Source: Camelus dromedarius (lineage: Eukaryota). From it: a stretch of DNA of 64,000 nucleotides. The stretch covers positions 36,332,001 through 36,396,000 of the forward strand of contig NC_087454.1 in NCBI RefSeq assembly GCF_036321535.1. The letters run 5' to 3'. Of this stretch, positions 11,810 through 25,294 are shown piece after piece. The notes under the pieces are model-generated. The model was not told the DNA's origin. It saw only the letters and a list, made by a program, of their open reading frames with translations, and did not search any database. The first letter of the stretch is position 1, and each line of letters starts with the position of its first letter. The position numbers and the translations under genes were made by a program.

Positions 11810-13455
11810 AGGGAAAAGAGGCATAAAATTCCTAGAAGAAAACATAGGGGATAATTTCCTTTATACTGGTTTTAGCAAAGATTTTTCTGGATTTGACACA
11901 AAAAGCAAAGACAACAAAAGCAAAAACAAATAANNNNNNNNNNNNNNNNNNNNNNNNNNNNNNNNNNNNNNNNNNNNNNNNNNNNNNNNNNNNNNNNNNN
12001 NNNNNNNNNNNNNNNNNNNNNNNNNNNNNNNNNNNNNNNNNNNNNNNNNNNNNNNNNNNNNNNNNNNNNNNNNNNNNNNTTGAGTTGCAAAAAAAACCAA
12101 ACAATCCAATTAAAAATTAGGCAAAGGACCGGAATAGACATTTTTCCAAACAGGGCATATTCTCGGCCAATAGATNNNNNNNNNNNNNNNNNNNNNNNNN
12201 NNNNNNNNNNNNNNNNNNNNNNNNNNNNNNNNNNNNNNNNNNNNNNNNNNNNNNNNNNNNNNNNNNNNNNNNNNNNNNNNNNNNNNNNNNNNNNNNNNNN
12301 NNNNNCAGAGAAAAGGGAGCTCTCCTGCCCTGTTGGTGGGAATGGCAATTGGTACAGCTGCTGCAGAAAACAGTACAGAGATTTCTCAAAAAATTAAAAA
12401 TAGAACTACCATGTGATCCAGCAATCTTCTCTGGGTATTTCCTGAAGGAAATGAAAACACTAACTAGAAAAAATATATGCTTCCCTATGTCCACTGCAGC
12501 ATTATTTACAAAAGCCACGATACTGGAATGACCTAAGTGTCTATCGATCGACAAATGGATAAAGAAGATGTGGTGTATATATATATAGCATTATAAATAT
12601 ATGATGGAATATTATTCAGCATTAAAAGAAGGAAATTCTCCACTTGCAACAACATGAGTCACCCTACAGGGTATTATGCTAAGTGAAACAGTCAGACAGA
12701 GAAAGGCAAATACCATATGATCTCACTGCTTTGTGAAATGTAAAAGCAGACAAACAAAAAGCCTGAATTCATAATTCCTAGATACAGAGAACAGGCTGGT
12801 GGTTGCCAGAGGCAAGGGTTTGCGGATGGACAAAATGGCTGAAGGGAGTCAAAAGGTGCAAACTTTCAGTTATAACATAAACAAGTCCTTGAGATGTAAT
12901 ATGCAAGGTGGTGATTATCGTTAATAACATCGTGTTGTATATTTGAAAGTTCTAGGAGAGTAAATATTTTTTAAAAAAATTTTTATTGAAGGACACTCAG
13001 TTTACAATGTTGCACCAGTTTCTGGTGTGCAGCATAATGTTTCAGTCATACACAGACATACATAGATTCATTTTCATATTTTTTATTATAGGTTACAAGA
13101 TATTGAATATAGTTCCCTGTGCTGTACAGTGGGACCTTGTTGTTTATCTTTTTTATATATAGTAGTTAATATTTGTAAATCTCAAACTCCCAGTTTATCC
13201 CTTCCCACCCCCTTTTCCCCCTGGTAACCATAGTTTGCTTTCTATGTCTGGGAGTCTGTTTCTGTCTTAAGAGAGTAAATCTTAGAAGTTCTCATCACAA
13301 GGGAAAAAAATATAACCATGTATGATGATGGATACTAAACATATTGTGGTGGTCATTTTGTTATATATATATATAAATTTTGAAACATCATGTTGAATAC
13401 CTGAAACTAATATAATGTTATATGTCAGTTATATTTCAATTTAAAAAAAAAAACA
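11810..13455 (+). mobile_element. L1MA9/MA10-like L1 (ORF2 3' end plus 3' UTR), interrupted by two N gaps and a nested L1
   Basis: Decayed ORF2 C-terminus ([13 protein letters not shown]), 3' UTR and A tail at about 13440-13455. Confidence 0.9.
12966..13270 (-). mobile_element. Younger artiodactyl-type L1 3' end nested in the older L1
   Basis: ttttattgaagga...tttacaatgttgcaccagtttctggtgtgc...ctatgtctgggagtctgtttctgt. TSD gagagtaaat at 12956-12965 and 13271-13280; the host L1 resumes after it. Confidence 0.9.
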
Positions 13456-14644
13456 AAAACAGATTATCCAGTCCAAAATGTTGATAGCATGAAAGTTGAG
13501 AAACTCTAGCTTAGGGTAAGAAGTGTATAATCTTTGGAAATGGCTGAGATCTGTGTTCTCTGTGGACTGGAGAACAGGGGTGATTGGTCTACAGTGGAAG
13601 AGAAGAAAGAAACAATTTCTCAGGAGAAATACACACAGGAATGCCAAGAGCTTCCTAGTCCTTGGTTTCTACACTTCGACAGAATGGCTGCATGGCTCCC
13701 TCTGGCTCCACGAGGCACTGAAGCATCCTTGTATTAATTCCCACTGAAATGAGTCAGAGTTGGTTTCTGCTACCTGGTCTTTCTTTGGACCTGTGCTTTA
13801 GGAATTGGTTCCAAGAAAACGTATCTTTTGTGCAGAATGTTAAGTGGAGGTTTACTGATTTNNNNNNNNNNNNNNNNNNNNNNNNNNNNNNNNNNNNNNN
13901 NNNNNNNNNNNNNNNNNNNNNNNNNNNNNNNNNNNNNNNNNNNNNNNNNNNNNNNNNNNNNNNNNNNNNNNNNNNNNNNNNNNNNNNNNNNNNNNNNNNN
14001 NNNNNNNNNNNNNNNNNNNNNNNNNNNNNNNNNNNNNNNNNNNNNNNNNNNNNNNNNNNNNNNNNNNNNNNNNNNNNNNNNNNNNNNNNNNNNNNNNNNN
14101 NNNNNNNNNNNNNNNNNNNNNNNNNNNNNNNNNNNNNNNNNNNNNNNNNNNNNNNNNNNNNNNNNNNNNNNNNNNNNNNNNNNNNNNNNNNNNNNNNNNN
14201 NNNNNNNNNNNNNNNNNNNNNNNNNNNNNNNNNNNNGGAATAATTCCACATTGGGAAGTGGAAGGAGCAATTAAATTAAATTATTGGTGAATATTAAATG
14301 TGAAAAAATATACTTACAATAGGCTTAAACTTGTAAAGACAGCAATAAAAATAAATTGAAATAAGGCTATGGGTTGCAGTACATTCCCCTTTAATTTTAG
14401 ATTTAGTGTATTCAGTATCCTGAGTCAAGTTTCCTCATATGCAAAACCAGGGTAATAAAAATGATATGACTTAGAGTCTTTCACTTGAAATGAAAGAAAA
14501 CCAGCTCTGTTTTATGAGCAGTTTGCAGCACAATCTTGAATCAGAAGAGTCCCTAAGTCTTTCACACCGAAAACCAGCCACTTGTTCGTTATCACAACTC
14601 CATTAATCTTTCTTCTTCCCTCTTGCTCCCCGATCTCTCCTTCA

Positions 14645-14998
14645 TTTATTTTTTAATAGCAGTTTTCTTGGGATATAATTTATGTACCAGAAAGTTTACC
14701 ATTTTAGAGTGTATAATTCTGAGGTTGTGAACCCCTGTCTGCTATCTAAATCCAGAACATTTCCGTTACCCCAAAGCAAACCCCATACCTCTTAGCAGTA
14801 GTTCCCCAGTCTCCCCTCTCCCACACGCCCTCGTCGCCCAATAATCTTTCTTCCCCTGTGGATTTGTCTGTTCTGGACATTTCATGTCAATGGAATCATA
14901 TAACATGTGGCTGCTCTGCATCTGGCTTTTTTCAGTTGGCCTAATGTTTTCAAGGTTCCTCCATGTCATAGCCCATGCCACAGCGTTGTTCCTTTTAT
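14645..14998 (-). mobile_element. L1MB-type 3' UTR
   Basis: ctatctaaatccagaacatttcc...ctgttctggacatttcatgtcaatggaatcatataac. Confidence 0.82.
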
Positions 14999-15039
14999 CT
15001 TTATTGCTTCACTGCTTCATTTTTTCCGATTCTCTCTGG

Positions 15040-15270
15040 AGACCAAAGGCCTCAGCTGGTCTGGTCCACATGGCTGCCATGATATCTGGAGCTTAACATC
15101 TTACACAGTCACTCACTGAGGAAAGAATGGGACCCTCCCAACAACCACCGTGCAGAGAGAAGAGCTCTAGTTGGTTAAACCTGGGCAAGGTTTCTCTTCC
15201 AGCCAATCAGCCTACCTTGGGTTCCTCCTTGGTACCAATCAACTGTAGTCAAGGCAACAGCACCAGGTGA
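15040..15270. mobile_element. MLT1 (J/K-like) ERVL-MaLR LTR fragment
   Basis: ctagttggttaaacctgggcaagg...accaatcaactgtagtcaagg resembles old MLT1. Confidence 0.55.
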
Positions 15271-15904
15271 TGAAATTGTCTGATTTGACCCAGCCATGTG
15301 GAACCAAGATGGAGTCACAAAGAGGAGTTACATTTCCCAGAATATCTGAGGATGAATGAGTGTTCAGTGTAGTTATGTCAGACTAGTGAAGAATAAGAAA
15401 ACATATTTAAAAATTTAAGCATATGCCACTGTAAACTTTATTTGTCCATTGGTTTATCCAGAAACCTTAGGGATTTGAGAGGAATTGTGAAAGGATAGTG
15501 AAAAAAAACCTAGTTACCAAGGTTTGAATTAATAGAGGCCTATAGGTATTTTCCCTTAATGAACACTGGCGACAACCCTTAGCCACTTTTTTCTAGGAAA
15601 GCATAGGGTTTTGTGGGATAGAGTTGAAATGAAGGTCAGATTGAACAGATGAGTGAACAGACAAATAAGTTGTGGTGTATTTATTCAATGGGACACAATA
15701 TAGCAGTGAAAATTGATTAATTACAATAGGCAGCCATAGATTGGAATCTCAAAAATGTACTCACTCACTTTTGTATATATGTTTTACAATTTTAAAAAAA
15801 TGTATTCCCCCCACAAACAAATACGGAGGGAGGAGAGAGAGAGAAAAATAAATGTGAGAGTGAATAACATTTTGGGTGTGGGTTTAGGTTTTTTCTTTTC
15901 CCCA

Positions 15905-16803
15905 AAAAAGACAACTGTTCCAAATTTGCTGACCCTTTCTGTAATAACTGGTCAGCATTTATACGTTACTAATGGTATATGTAGAGGGCATGGTGAGGAA
16001 ACTGTTTTATGTGACCATCAAGATAAAGATAATGCTTTTTAAAAGAACATGAGAGAGAATTTTGAAAATTCATTTTAAAAAATGCTTTTATCATTACTAC
16101 ATTTTGTGGCCAAAAATAATGTGTATTATCTGTAAAATTGTATATGTACATATTTTTTAAAACTTGTGATGAAAGGTAGTTATTAAGTCTTTTTAAAACA
16201 TTCCAAATGAAGATTTTCAGTGAGAATTTAATCAGTTTGTGAAAATTGTTAAAAGGTTCAACTTCAAAATAGTTTGCAAGGAAAACGGATTGACATCAAA
16301 GAAAATGGAAATTTAATAACCAAATTACAGTCAAAATTTTTAGATCTATGTGTCATTTTGAATTATCTTTACTAGCTGAAAGCTGTAAAATCAAGCTGGG
16401 AAGAAAAAAAAACTTGAAATCAGAACAGATTTTCAAATTACTAGAACCCATTTTTTTAAGCAGATTCTAAAAATAATTAAATTAATTCAATTACCCTTAT
16501 TGCAATATTAGCATTGATAAATTATTTTTCACCATTAATAAAGTAAATTTTTACTAAAATATTTACTTCAAATGTATACATTTATTCCAAATTTATCAAT
16601 TTATTTTAGAATCTTATTTATTTTAAAATGATCATTTTATTTTATTATTAAATGTATATTTTGTGTACTGCATAATGTTTAATGTCTGCTATTCCAGTGG
16701 TTTATGTTTGTCATTTATATATGAATAAATATACAATATATGCATTCACACTACAAAATTTTAATAATAAGAGTGCACAATTTTTAGAAGTTTGAAGACC
16801 AAT
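15905..16803 (+). mobile_element. hAT-Charlie DNA transposon fossil (transposase 3' part and right end)
   Basis: aaagacaactgttccaaatttgctgaccc, gtttgcaaggaaaacggattgacatcaaagaaaatggaaattta and the terminus aagtttgaagaccaatg resemble Charlie elements. Reading frame decayed. Confidence 0.75.
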
Positions 16804-17439
16804 GGTCTAAAAATCTTCCTATCAGCACATGAAATATTCCATTTGGGTTTCTTGCCTTTAACCATGTGGTAAGAAGGCCAGTATTAGCCATCAAATTAAT
16901 TAAACAAGTATGAAATTTCTATATCCTTTGTCATGTAAATCTGTATTTTCATACCATCTTTGTAAGGTAATTGTTTGGAATGGTCATACAATTTGGTTCT
17001 TTCTTTAACCTGAGTTTCCAATCACTTGCCTAGAGCTTGCAAGTGTTTTCTGGTTTTTCAATATATTCAACATACCAACAATTAAATATTATGTTTTACA
17101 GACTATACGAGTGGCTGAATTTCTAAGCAGAAAGGAAATGAATTTAGAAGGATGAATACTTTCTATTGTTGTGTACAGCTATGGTTTTAGACCCTTTGTA
17201 TGCTCTGAACCTTGCAAAACATTTTTATATTTGCCTACATGAAACATCTTTCTTTTTTTTTTTCTGGCAAGTAATTTGAGAGTCAGGAGACACACCAACT
17301 GTTTATGAAATTTCCTTTGTCTTCCTCAGGCAGCCTTAGGCTATGTTTCTTCTACTGATTCTCTACTTCTTTCTTGTATAAGTCTCACTCGATTTTAAAA
17401 TATTATTATTTTTATTACAATGATTTTTAAGAGCTTGTG

Positions 17440-17562
17440 TGTTTGTCTCAATCGGGGAACACGAACTCTTTGAGGAGAGTGACTATGTCTTATCTAAACT
17501 TGTGGTCCAAGTTTTATTTTTGGTCCAAGATGGTCCAAGAATTATTTCTGAATAAATGAATT
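17440..17562 (+). mobile_element. L2 3' end containing three short tggtccaag repeats
   Basis: aactctttgaggagagtgactatgtcttatct...tgaataaatgaat. Confidence 0.6.
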
Positions 17563-20500
17563 AGTCATACACTCATATTCCTCATGTCACTGTTTCAAAA
17601 CAAGTGTTCAAAAGAAGAGTACCCCCTTGAAAGTCCCTATTTGTAGGAGAATTTCACTGCCAAATACTCTTGTATGTTTTCTTACTGGAAACCCCAAATG
17701 CACATCAATCTGTTGTGCAAAAGGTCCTGAGAATCCCTACAATAAATAAGCCTGTTTAAATTTCTTTAACTCAGTATTTCCCAAATATATATGTCAAATC
17801 TCTCTTTTTTTAGAACGTGTATTACTGATCTCCTATGCAATAATACTCTTAGCAATGCTATGTGACAACATTTCTGTTGTTAGATGCGCATGCAGAAAAA
17901 GCAGATAAAAGGAAGAGCTATCATTATACTCATGTAATTCGGTGGGTTGTTTGCCGCTAAAGTAAAGGAAATGAATTCTAAATGGTTAAATTATTGACCC
18001 ATGCAGAACTATGTCATTTGTTTATATTAAAAACACATGGTGTTAATTGAGAGGTAAATCCTATTTTGTATACATTTGGGTAGCAGGTTTGTAGTTTGAT
18101 TTGTCTAAAAATGACTATAATATGATAACTAAAAAAAAATGTTGTTTAAAATCAATTAAATCAACAGAACTCATAAATCCAGGCCACCAATTGCCCTCTG
18201 TAGTGTCAGCTTCCCAGAGTCTCCATATTTAAACCCATGGCGTTAAAACTCTCTCGGGATAGTTCACCAACCACAAAAATCAAATCCTCACCATCTTTTA
18301 AATATGACCTCAATGGCATTATGCATTTGACCATCAAGTTTATTTTTCAACTTTGGATTTCAGTTTTCCTATTCTGTTATCCTAAAGAAAATCTGTTCTC
18401 AAAGGGTGTAATTTTTTAACTGCGGAAGTTACTGAAAATGACTTCATTGGGTAAATGAGCATTTTTAATTAATGACATTTGTCCTGAAAAAAAATTGACA
18501 TTTAGAAATCACTCTCATTCCTTTATATAGTTGCCATGAGATGATTCTATAGAAATTTAGCAATGAATATGTTAATTATTTGTGGTTTTCCTAAGATTAC
18601 AGATTTTATTAACTCAAAGAGAGTATTTAAAAAAAATACCATTTAGGTGAATAGAATATAGAAATAAATTGCAAATAATTAGCTATTTTTTCCTTCAAAG
18701 GATATCAGTTATCTACATAACAAAACAGAATGGATATCAGTGGAAGATTAATTCTTAGACATTGTGTGTGGATAACAAACCAGCTTAAAATTTGACTCTT
18801 TTTAGTGACAGAAAATGTTATTTGATGGGTATTTTTTCACATGAAAAAGCAATTGAGTTATTTTATTCAGTCTCAACAATGTGATTTATGGCAGGTGAGA
18901 CAGGCAAAAATAAACACAAAAACATAAGAATCCAATCCATACTGCTTTAGAATTCTTTATGCTATTGATTGAGACCAAATCCAAATGTGTTCATGTAGAT
19001 TCTGCAAACTCTAAACTCTTTACTCCATGGAAAGCATCAATCCTACAAAGGGAAGAAGAACATTTCGATTTTCTGTGTATCTTGTTTTCTTCCTTGGGAG
19101 AGGAGGTCAAAGGGAAGGACACTTCCATTCAAAGAAGCAACAGAACTGAGGCGAACAGCTCTGATAATGAGGAGCGAATTTGTTTTCTCTGCCCTTTCTA
19201 AAGGATTAAATTACTTGAAATCAATCCAGTTACAACACGAATGACGATCAAATCACCATGACTTAGGAGGAAGTACCAGGCACCCTTTCCATTTTGAATT
19301 CTGTCCAGGGAACTCTCTCTAACAGATAAAGGAAGAAGAACGGGAAACAGACAAATAACTCTACCTTTGCACAGATTTTTGGACCACACACTTTGGCTTT
19401 TTGACAACTGCTTTCCACATAGCTTTCTTTCCTGTACAAACGTTATTAATAACGATTATATGATTAATAAAAATAAAGACTGGGACTGGAGTAGGATAGT
19501 TAACAAATGATGTTTATGGGTAGAGAAAAGGATGGACAAGCTTGTCTCTAAATGCTAGGAGATGCTAAACGCTTTTTTTCAAACATAGTGGAGTTCCACA
19601 CACATATTTTAATCCTTAGTTGCTCAGCTGTTTTTAATGATTTATGAATGGCATTTACTCTGGATGTAATAAAATCCAAAGCCACTTCCTACTTCTATAT
19701 ACACAGCATTATCATTGTGTAAATTTCCACAATGCAGATTTTTGATGTAAGTCAAACAGATTAGTTTTACCTTTTTTTTTTAATTTAGAAGAATTGAAAT
19801 CACACTGTATATTAATTCTGCACATTTGCACACACAGGCACAGTATTAACATGCAGACTTGACTATAAATCATGTGAGGAGAGAATGACCTTCAGTGTAG
19901 TATCTGTGATCTATGTTGTATGACTCTGATTAAGAAAGTGCCAGTTCACGAAGGAAAATGTAATCTGTGTGAAAAATATCCTACTGACCTAAAGTTCCAT
20001 TCTATCATTTAGCCTTTTTTTGTTTTTCACACTGTTGGCCCTAATCATAAAATGCACTGCTTTAGTCAAACTCGGTGCTTTGACCAAATAGTCTCACTTG
20101 GGAGGGAGGTGGGTTGGTCATCTGTTGGATCTCAGAGGATGGGCAGAGAGAGTCAGTGATCACCAAAGCGGTGAAGGATACTGAAACAAGAGATGTTTAA
20201 GGGGTCAAGAGTGGAGCTGGAAGTTGAGTTTAGGAAGCTCTAGAAGTGAGTCAAAATCCAGAGAGTAGAGGACATATCAGAATGCAGATGCACAGAAACC
20301 AGAGTGGGACAGTAGGTGGACACAAAGCAGGCAGGGTTGCGAGTGGTCCCCTAACGTGGGTATTGGATGTATTGTTGCCCAGGCTGGCTTTAAGGAATTT
20401 ACAAGGAGTGACCTAGAGAAAGTCTGGCAGGCAAAGGACTGTCAGCTGGACTGCTTCATTGGACATTTCCTTTTCGGCTGTCTATGTGTTTTTTTTTTTT

Positions 20501-20615
20501 TTTTCCAGCAAACCAAACTAAACAATTTGAGAAAATATACTGTCTCTTCTAGTTTTAGCCCATTGAAAAGACAATAAAATGAAAGTCAGAAGAATTAATT
20601 CCAGCTTTAGTGTTT

Positions 20616-21120
20616 GTATCTATTTTCTATCTATGCCATAACAAATCACCACCAATGTAGCAGCTTCAACAACACTAACTGAGCTTGGTAAGTCAGAGTC
20701 TCAGCTGGTTTCTCCTTCTCACACGCTGTCATCAATAAGGCAGCAGGACAGGTTCTTACTGGGATGCTTGAGGGAAGAATCTGCTTCCAGGGTCATTTAG
20801 GTTGTTCCTTGAGGGTGTAGGACTGAGGTTCCCATCTCCTTGCTGATTGTCAGCCATGACTGTTCACAGCTTCAAAGGGCTGCCCGTGTTCTCTGGCTCA
20901 TGCCCTCTTCCTCATCTTCTAAGCCAACAATGTCGGTCAAGATCTTCTCACCCTTTACGTCCCCCTCCCGCCACCCTTCCCTAGCCTTTCTCTTCTGCCG
21001 CATCTGTTTCCATCTTCTGTTCATGTGATTACATTGGGCATACCCAGATAGTGCAAGATAATCTCCCTATTTTAAAGTGACCTGACTAGCAATCTTAGAG
21101 TCCCATCTGCAAAGTCCCTT
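20616..21120 (-). mobile_element. MLT1E/F-like MaLR LTR
   Basis: tatgccataacaaatcaccacc...gaagaatctgcttccagggtcatttaggttgtt...catgtgattacattggg. Confidence 0.8.
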
Positions 21121-21809
21121 AACTGTAGGGTTTAAATTCATCTGTGACTAAACCACCCAGGGCAGGAAAGCTTGGCTGGAGAGGGCACCTTTGGAATTCT
21201 GCCTGTAACAGTTTTACTAGGGAAAACATCATGTGATCCTGGACAAGGAAGCGCCTCCCCTGAGATACAGTTTCCCAGTGCAAAATTAAGAAATTAGACC
21301 ACATAAATGTTAACTTTCTTTCCAGCTCTGTTTCTACACCTAAAATCTCCTGTCCTTTGCAAAGGACAAGCATTCAGTTAGTGCCCAATGAATATTTTGC
21401 TGTTTGAGATGAAATAAATGGCCATAAAATTGGTGACTATTGACCTTGTCTCATTTTTTGTTTTTTTTTTTAAATAAAACTATATTGTGGTAATAGAAGT
21501 TTATGAAATTTATGGTATTCTATTATATACCTAAATAAAAACTCATATAAAAATTTAAGAGTCATAGTGACAAAGTTGAAAAACAAACCACTCCATTGCC
21601 CTGTTCCCTACTCCCAGAACTGGCAGATTCTGCTATTTACATCATTCAATGTTATAGTTATAACTTTAAGTAATACTTCAATTTCTCTGTTTTGATGTAG
21701 ACTGTACTATTGCTTAGTGGCTGTAAAAGATGAGGAATTTACCAAAACTGCACTCCATTGCCCTCCTCCACTTATATCCCAAGTGTGTTGGTGACTGAGG
21801 CAGATTTTA

Positions 21810-22243
21810 TTTTCCAAAATAAGACCTTTCACTCCCCCCTTACAGAATGGTGTCGCCTCTCCTCTCAGTGACATGTGGGATGCCCCTTGCCTCCCCCTGA
21901 ATCTCAAGTGCTCGTGATAACAGCAGAAGTGATGTAACTTGACTGTCGAGGGTAGCTCTTAAAAGACAGCACACCTTTCTCATGGTTCCCTGGGGATGTA
22001 CATTCTTGGAACCCAGCCACCACGCTCTGAAGAAACCCAGATTGCAAGGAGCCAGCATCAAGCCCCAGACCTGTGGGGAAGCCTTGGAGATGATGCTACG
22101 CCCAGCCACCACCTGACTGTAGCCACGCGAGACACCAGGAGTCGTTAAGCCAAGTCAATTCCCAGAACCGTGAGAGAGAATAATAACATGATTGTTGTTG
22201 TTTTAAGCTACTAGGTTTTGGGTCAGCAACAGGTAACTGGAAT
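21810..22243 (+). mobile_element. MLT1G/H-like MaLR LTR
   Basis: cttggaacccagccaccacgct...cccagaaccgtgagagagaataa...ttttaagctactaggttttggg...gtaactggaata. Confidence 0.8.
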
Positions 22244-22344
22244 AGTTATATCTATATTTTATAGTAAGTTTTATTGTCTCAGGATTCTGGTCAGAAATTC
22301 AATGATAGTTTTGTTTGATTTGAAGAATAGTTCATTTTATTTTA

Positions 22345-23076
22345 TTTTTTCTGATTTTAATTTTTTTTAATTTTTGTAGTTTTTAAAGGTTACACTCCAT
22401 TTAGAGTTATTACAAAATATTGGCTATATTCCCCGTGTTGTAAAATATATCCTAATAGCCTGTCTTACACCCAGTAGTTTCTACCTCCCAGTCCCTCACC
22501 CCTACATTGTCCTTCCCCACCAACTGATAACTACTAGTTTGTTCTCCATATCTGTGAGTCTGCTTTTTTTTTTGTCCTATTCATTGTTTGTTGTATTTTT
22601 TAGATTTCATATATAAGTGATATCATACAGTATTTGCCTTTCTCTGTCTGACTTACTTCACTACCTATGATAATCTCTAAGTCCATCCATGNNNNNNNNN
22701 NNNNNNNNNNNNNNNNNNNNNNNNNNNNNNNNNNNNNNNNNNNNNNNNNNNNNNNNNNNNNNNNNNNNNNNNNNNNNNNNNNNNNNNNNNNNNNNNNNNN
22801 NNNNNNNNNNNNNNNNNNNNGCAACTATAAATAATGCTGCTACACACATTGAAGTGCATGTGTCTTTTTGAATTAGTGTTTTGGCCATTTTCAGATATAT
22901 ACCAGCAGTGGAATTGCTGGGTCATGTGGTAACAATACTCACTCTTTGCCACTTTTATTCAATATAGTTTTGGAAATCCTAGCCACAGCAATCAGAGAAG
23001 AAAAATAAATGAAAGGAATCCAAATTGGAAAACAAAAAGTAAAACTGTCACTGTTCGCAGATGACATGATCCTATT
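22345..23076 (-). mobile_element. L1 3' end (minus, 22345-22940, with an N gap) joined to an inverted ORF2 RT fragment (plus, 22941-23076)
   Basis: Minus part is 3' UTR plus ORF2 C-terminus. Plus part reads roughly [38 protein letters not shown], with frameshift. Confidence 0.85.
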
Positions 23077-23559
23077 CATTATAGTATATAAAGAATAAAA
23101 ACAAAATGTAGTGTATCATGATTATATAAATGTAACTTAATGCAGAATTGAGAAAAGGGATAGAACCCATAACAAAGAAAATGCATGCCTATGTCACTAA
23201 GTCTCTGAAACCCACAGGGGAATGTCCCAAACACCAGGGTCCACCATAAGCTCTATTAATCAGCTGTCATAATCAGCTGTCACTCTTCTTATCTGAAGAC
23301 ATCCTCTTCTTCTAATGTTCCTTTCCATTTCAGTTGAGAAATTTTCTCTTCATGAGGCATGCATAAACAGGAAATATTCTGAATTATGATGCAATTTTAA
23401 ATGATTTTTTTTTGCCCTCCTCCTTTCTTGATAATGTGGTATGATTCTTTGTGTCCGATTTATTTTTGATCCATTGGTTCATCTTTAACTCATTTGTGTG
23501 CAATCTATTTCTTGAGTTTAATCTCTTTACTGAGAAAATTTTGGAATGTTCTCCCTCTT

Positions 23560-24030
23560 CATCGGGATTTTGATTTTTCACCAGGAGACGTGCATGTGTA
23601 CGCCTTTCTTAGTCTGCCCCTTCGGGCAATGATGGGTCCTTTCAATTTGAAGAAACTGTGTCTTGTTGTCACATGGAGAAATTTTCTTTTATTATCTCTT
23701 TGATTGGTTTCTTCCATTTTTTTGTCCTTCCCTCTGCTTCTGGACATGTTTTTAAACACCTCCTAGATCTATCTTCCATGCCTCTCACATTTCTTCTCAT
23801 GTCATTTGAACATTTGTCTTTAATTCTGCATGTTGGATTAGTTCTTGTTTATAGAGAGATCACTAATTGGTTTTTTAGGCTAACCCATTTTATCCTTTAG
23901 TCCATTCGTTTGATTTGTTTCAATTTTGTAAAAAAAAAAAAAACTTATAGTTTCTGTCTTGATTTTTAATTGTTCATTCTTCAGCAGCCATCTAGTCTTT
24001 CTTTATTGATATACTGTCTCTCAAATCTCT
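23560..24030 (-). mobile_element. Ancient L1 (L1ME/HAL1-like) ORF1-region fragment
   Basis: ggagaaattttcttttattatctctttgatt...cacctcctagatctatcttcc, a typical decayed reverse-strand old L1. Confidence 0.55.
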
Positions 24031-24040
24031 CTGAATTCCC

Positions 24041-24243
24041 CTGGTGTTTCTCAAGTGAGTTAGCCTCCCGAGGGACAATTGGCAACACCTGGAGATATTT
24101 TTGCTTGTCACAGTTATGAGATTTGCTACTGATCTGATGGGTATATGTCAGGGATGTTGCTACATTCCCTACAATTCAAAGGAACACCCACTGGAAGAAT
24201 TACATGGCCCCAAATGTCAATAGTACAAAGTTGGGAAACTCAG
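24041..24243 (+). mobile_element. MER20 (hAT-Charlie non-autonomous element)
   Basis: Colinear with the MER20 consensus from ctggtgtttctcaa to gttgggaaactcag. Confidence 0.88.
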
Positions 24244-24630
24244 GGATATACCTGTTAGAAATTTAAAATTCCCTTTGTTCCATATATCACTTGTAATTCC
24301 TTTGGAGTGAGTGGATATATTTTCTGCCTTCTGTTTATGTTGTATGTGTGATCTTAGTTCTTAGTTCACATTTACACAAAAAGTACAGTGTTAACTCATG
24401 GATTTTCTCTCTGCTTGGGTTGTCTCTTTTCCCAAGAGCTCAAATAAGAGAGCCAACTATTGTTTTCTGTTAGACAGTCGGGTCATGTCAACAGATCACT
24501 ACCTGGTCGAACGCTCAATTATGGAACAATCCAACTAGAGATCCCTTAAATTATCAAATTAAAGAGACTTTTACTCTGGGGGTAAAGTAATGTACTGTAT
24601 CCCACTACCAGATCAAAGTTTTGTTTTTGT

Positions 24631-24637
<7 letters not shown>

Positions 24638-24662
<25 letters not shown>
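24638..24662. repeat. (CT)n microsatellite, about 12 units
   Basis: Direct reading. Confidence 0.9.
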
Positions 24663-25294
24663 GATCTCTCTTTGTTAGCATTTTCTCAGTGTGTGACGTA
24701 TAAAGGTCTGGAGTTATTTCAGAACCTTCCCTACTGTCTCACAGGGTCCACATTCACTCTAGAATACCTCCCCAGAAAGGTGTTAGGTTCTAGCCTGGAG
24801 GCAAACGCTGCTGCCGTCAGTCATGTTATCTGCTTCTATGGCAAAGGAGGAGGGAGACGGAATAGGACTGTTCAGATTCTGCTATGACTAAAGCAGTTAT
24901 TTAATTCATTAATTTCCCTGATGGTTCCCAGGACCCTCTCGCAGTCTTTGTATTGTCTCTGATCCTAGGGTTTCTCTTGGGCTCCATTAGGATTGATTGC
25001 TTTCACTTCTGGAATCTTGGCTTCGATTCTTCTGTTCTGTTTTCTCCATTAATCTCCATCCCACCTGTTTTTTAGCTTCCAGGGTTTGTTTAAACTTTCT
25101 GGTCCACTGGTAGCTCTATTTCCTGTTTTCCAAGACAATTGTGTTTGGGTTCCTTATTTAAAATATTGGTCCCAATGATTTTAATGAAACTATGGGTAGG
25201 AGGAACACGCAAAGTGGAAGTTTCCCCGAATCAATTACAGACCTTGGCTTTAATAGATATTCACCATTTTTTATTTCCAAATGCCCTGTACATG

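Noticed and set aside
11832-14274. ORFs containing X runs (also at 22600-22952 and 61024-62369)
   Set aside because: Artefacts of translating through N gaps.
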